Below are positions 63,544 through 64,000 of a stretch of DNA of 64,000 bases, piece by piece. The notes below the pieces were generated by a model. The model saw only the letters and a program-made list of their open reading frames with translations, was not told where the DNA came from and searched no databases. The translations under genes and the position numbers were made by a program. Source of the stretch: an uncultured delta proteobacterium (GTDB taxonomy: Bacteria > Desulfobacterota > Binatia > JACPRU01). The stretch covers positions 192,001 to 256,000 of the forward strand of contig CAVUWD010000013.1 in NCBI GenBank assembly GCA_963745025.1, read 5' to 3'. The stretch's first letter is position 1; each line of letters begins with the position of its first letter.

Positions 63544-63993
63544 CTATCGGCTCGCACCAGCACGCACCGTGAGCACGGGACAACCCGCGCTCCGTACCAC
63601 ACGCTCGGCGACGCTGCCGAGCAAGAGCCGCCCGACGCCGTGGCGGCCTTCGGTCGCCATCACGATCAGATCGGCGGAGCTTCGCTTGGCGAGATCGACG
63701 ATGGCGCTCCACGCCGCTCCGATTTTGAGCTCAGTGCGGCAGTGGACCCGTCGCCGACGGAGGTCGGCGGCCAGCTGGGCGAGGCGGCGCTGGGCGGCAC
63801 GCTCCTGCTCCTCGCGAAACCTGTCGAGGTCGACCGCGGAGCCGATCATCGGTGCGTACGTCACGGCTTCGACGACGTGGACGATTTCGAGACGGGCCTT
63901 CAACATGCGGGCTAGATCCACCGCGTAACGCAGGGCCGCGAGCGACGGCTCGGAGAAGTCTACCGGGACTAGAATGCATTTGATCTTCGGCAA
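63544..63993 (-). CDS. universal stress protein (true start may lie beyond the window)
   Basis: 'ILVPVDFS', 'MATEGR.G....[15 protein letters not shown]'. Confidence 0.93.
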   Translation of the reverse strand: MPKIKCILVPVDFSEPSLAALRYAVDLARMLKARLEIVHVVEAVTYAPMIGSAVDLDRFREEQERAAQRRLAQLAADLRRRRVHCRTELKIGAAWSAIVDLAKRSSADLIVMATEGRHGVGRLLLGSVAERVVRSAGCPVLTVRAGASR

Positions 63994-64000
63994 GGCTTTC

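Noticed and set aside
28621-63993. Prophage, ICE or defence island
   Set aside because: No integrase, transposase, phage or recognisable defence genes, and no tRNA/att site seen.

Overview
High-GC bacterial chromosome segment. The gene content (DUF507 pair, trmD plus a SPOUT methyltransferase, sigma54-driven pilins) suggests a Deltaproteobacteria-like lineage, possibly Binatia; this is inference. Local indel clusters look like long-read errors. The region 1-28.3 kb is mostly housekeeping: minor type IV pilins, peptidoglycan-recycling hydrolases, aroF, groES-groEL, ffh-rpsP-KH-rimM-trmD-rplS, an oligopeptide ABC system, TPR/LolB-like genes, moaEDB, pckG, miaB and a JAMM protease. The region 28.6-64 kb is an accessory stress/low-oxygen island. 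It holds a DevBCA/TolC-like exporter, three paralogous tri-haem cytochromes c, DksA-BON, a phosphoribosyltransferase, archease-rtcB, two CBS proteins, NAD-linked formate dehydrogenase, PolX, a BON protein, a K+ channel, two ferritin-like proteins, Hsp20 remnants, norCBQD and four USP genes. Main discovery: most transcription units in this island start at a sigma54 (-24/-12) motif. Most of these sit next to a pair of 16-bp imperfect palindromes (consensus TTCTCA-N4-TGGGAA) 31-32 bp apart and in helical phase with the promoter. This points to an uncharacterised enhancer-binding-protein regulon whose gene content parallels the mycobacterial DosR dormancy regulon. Also present are three copies of a three-hairpin intergenic repeat with covarying stems and GAGTAC loops, and a perfect 47-bp inverted repeat.
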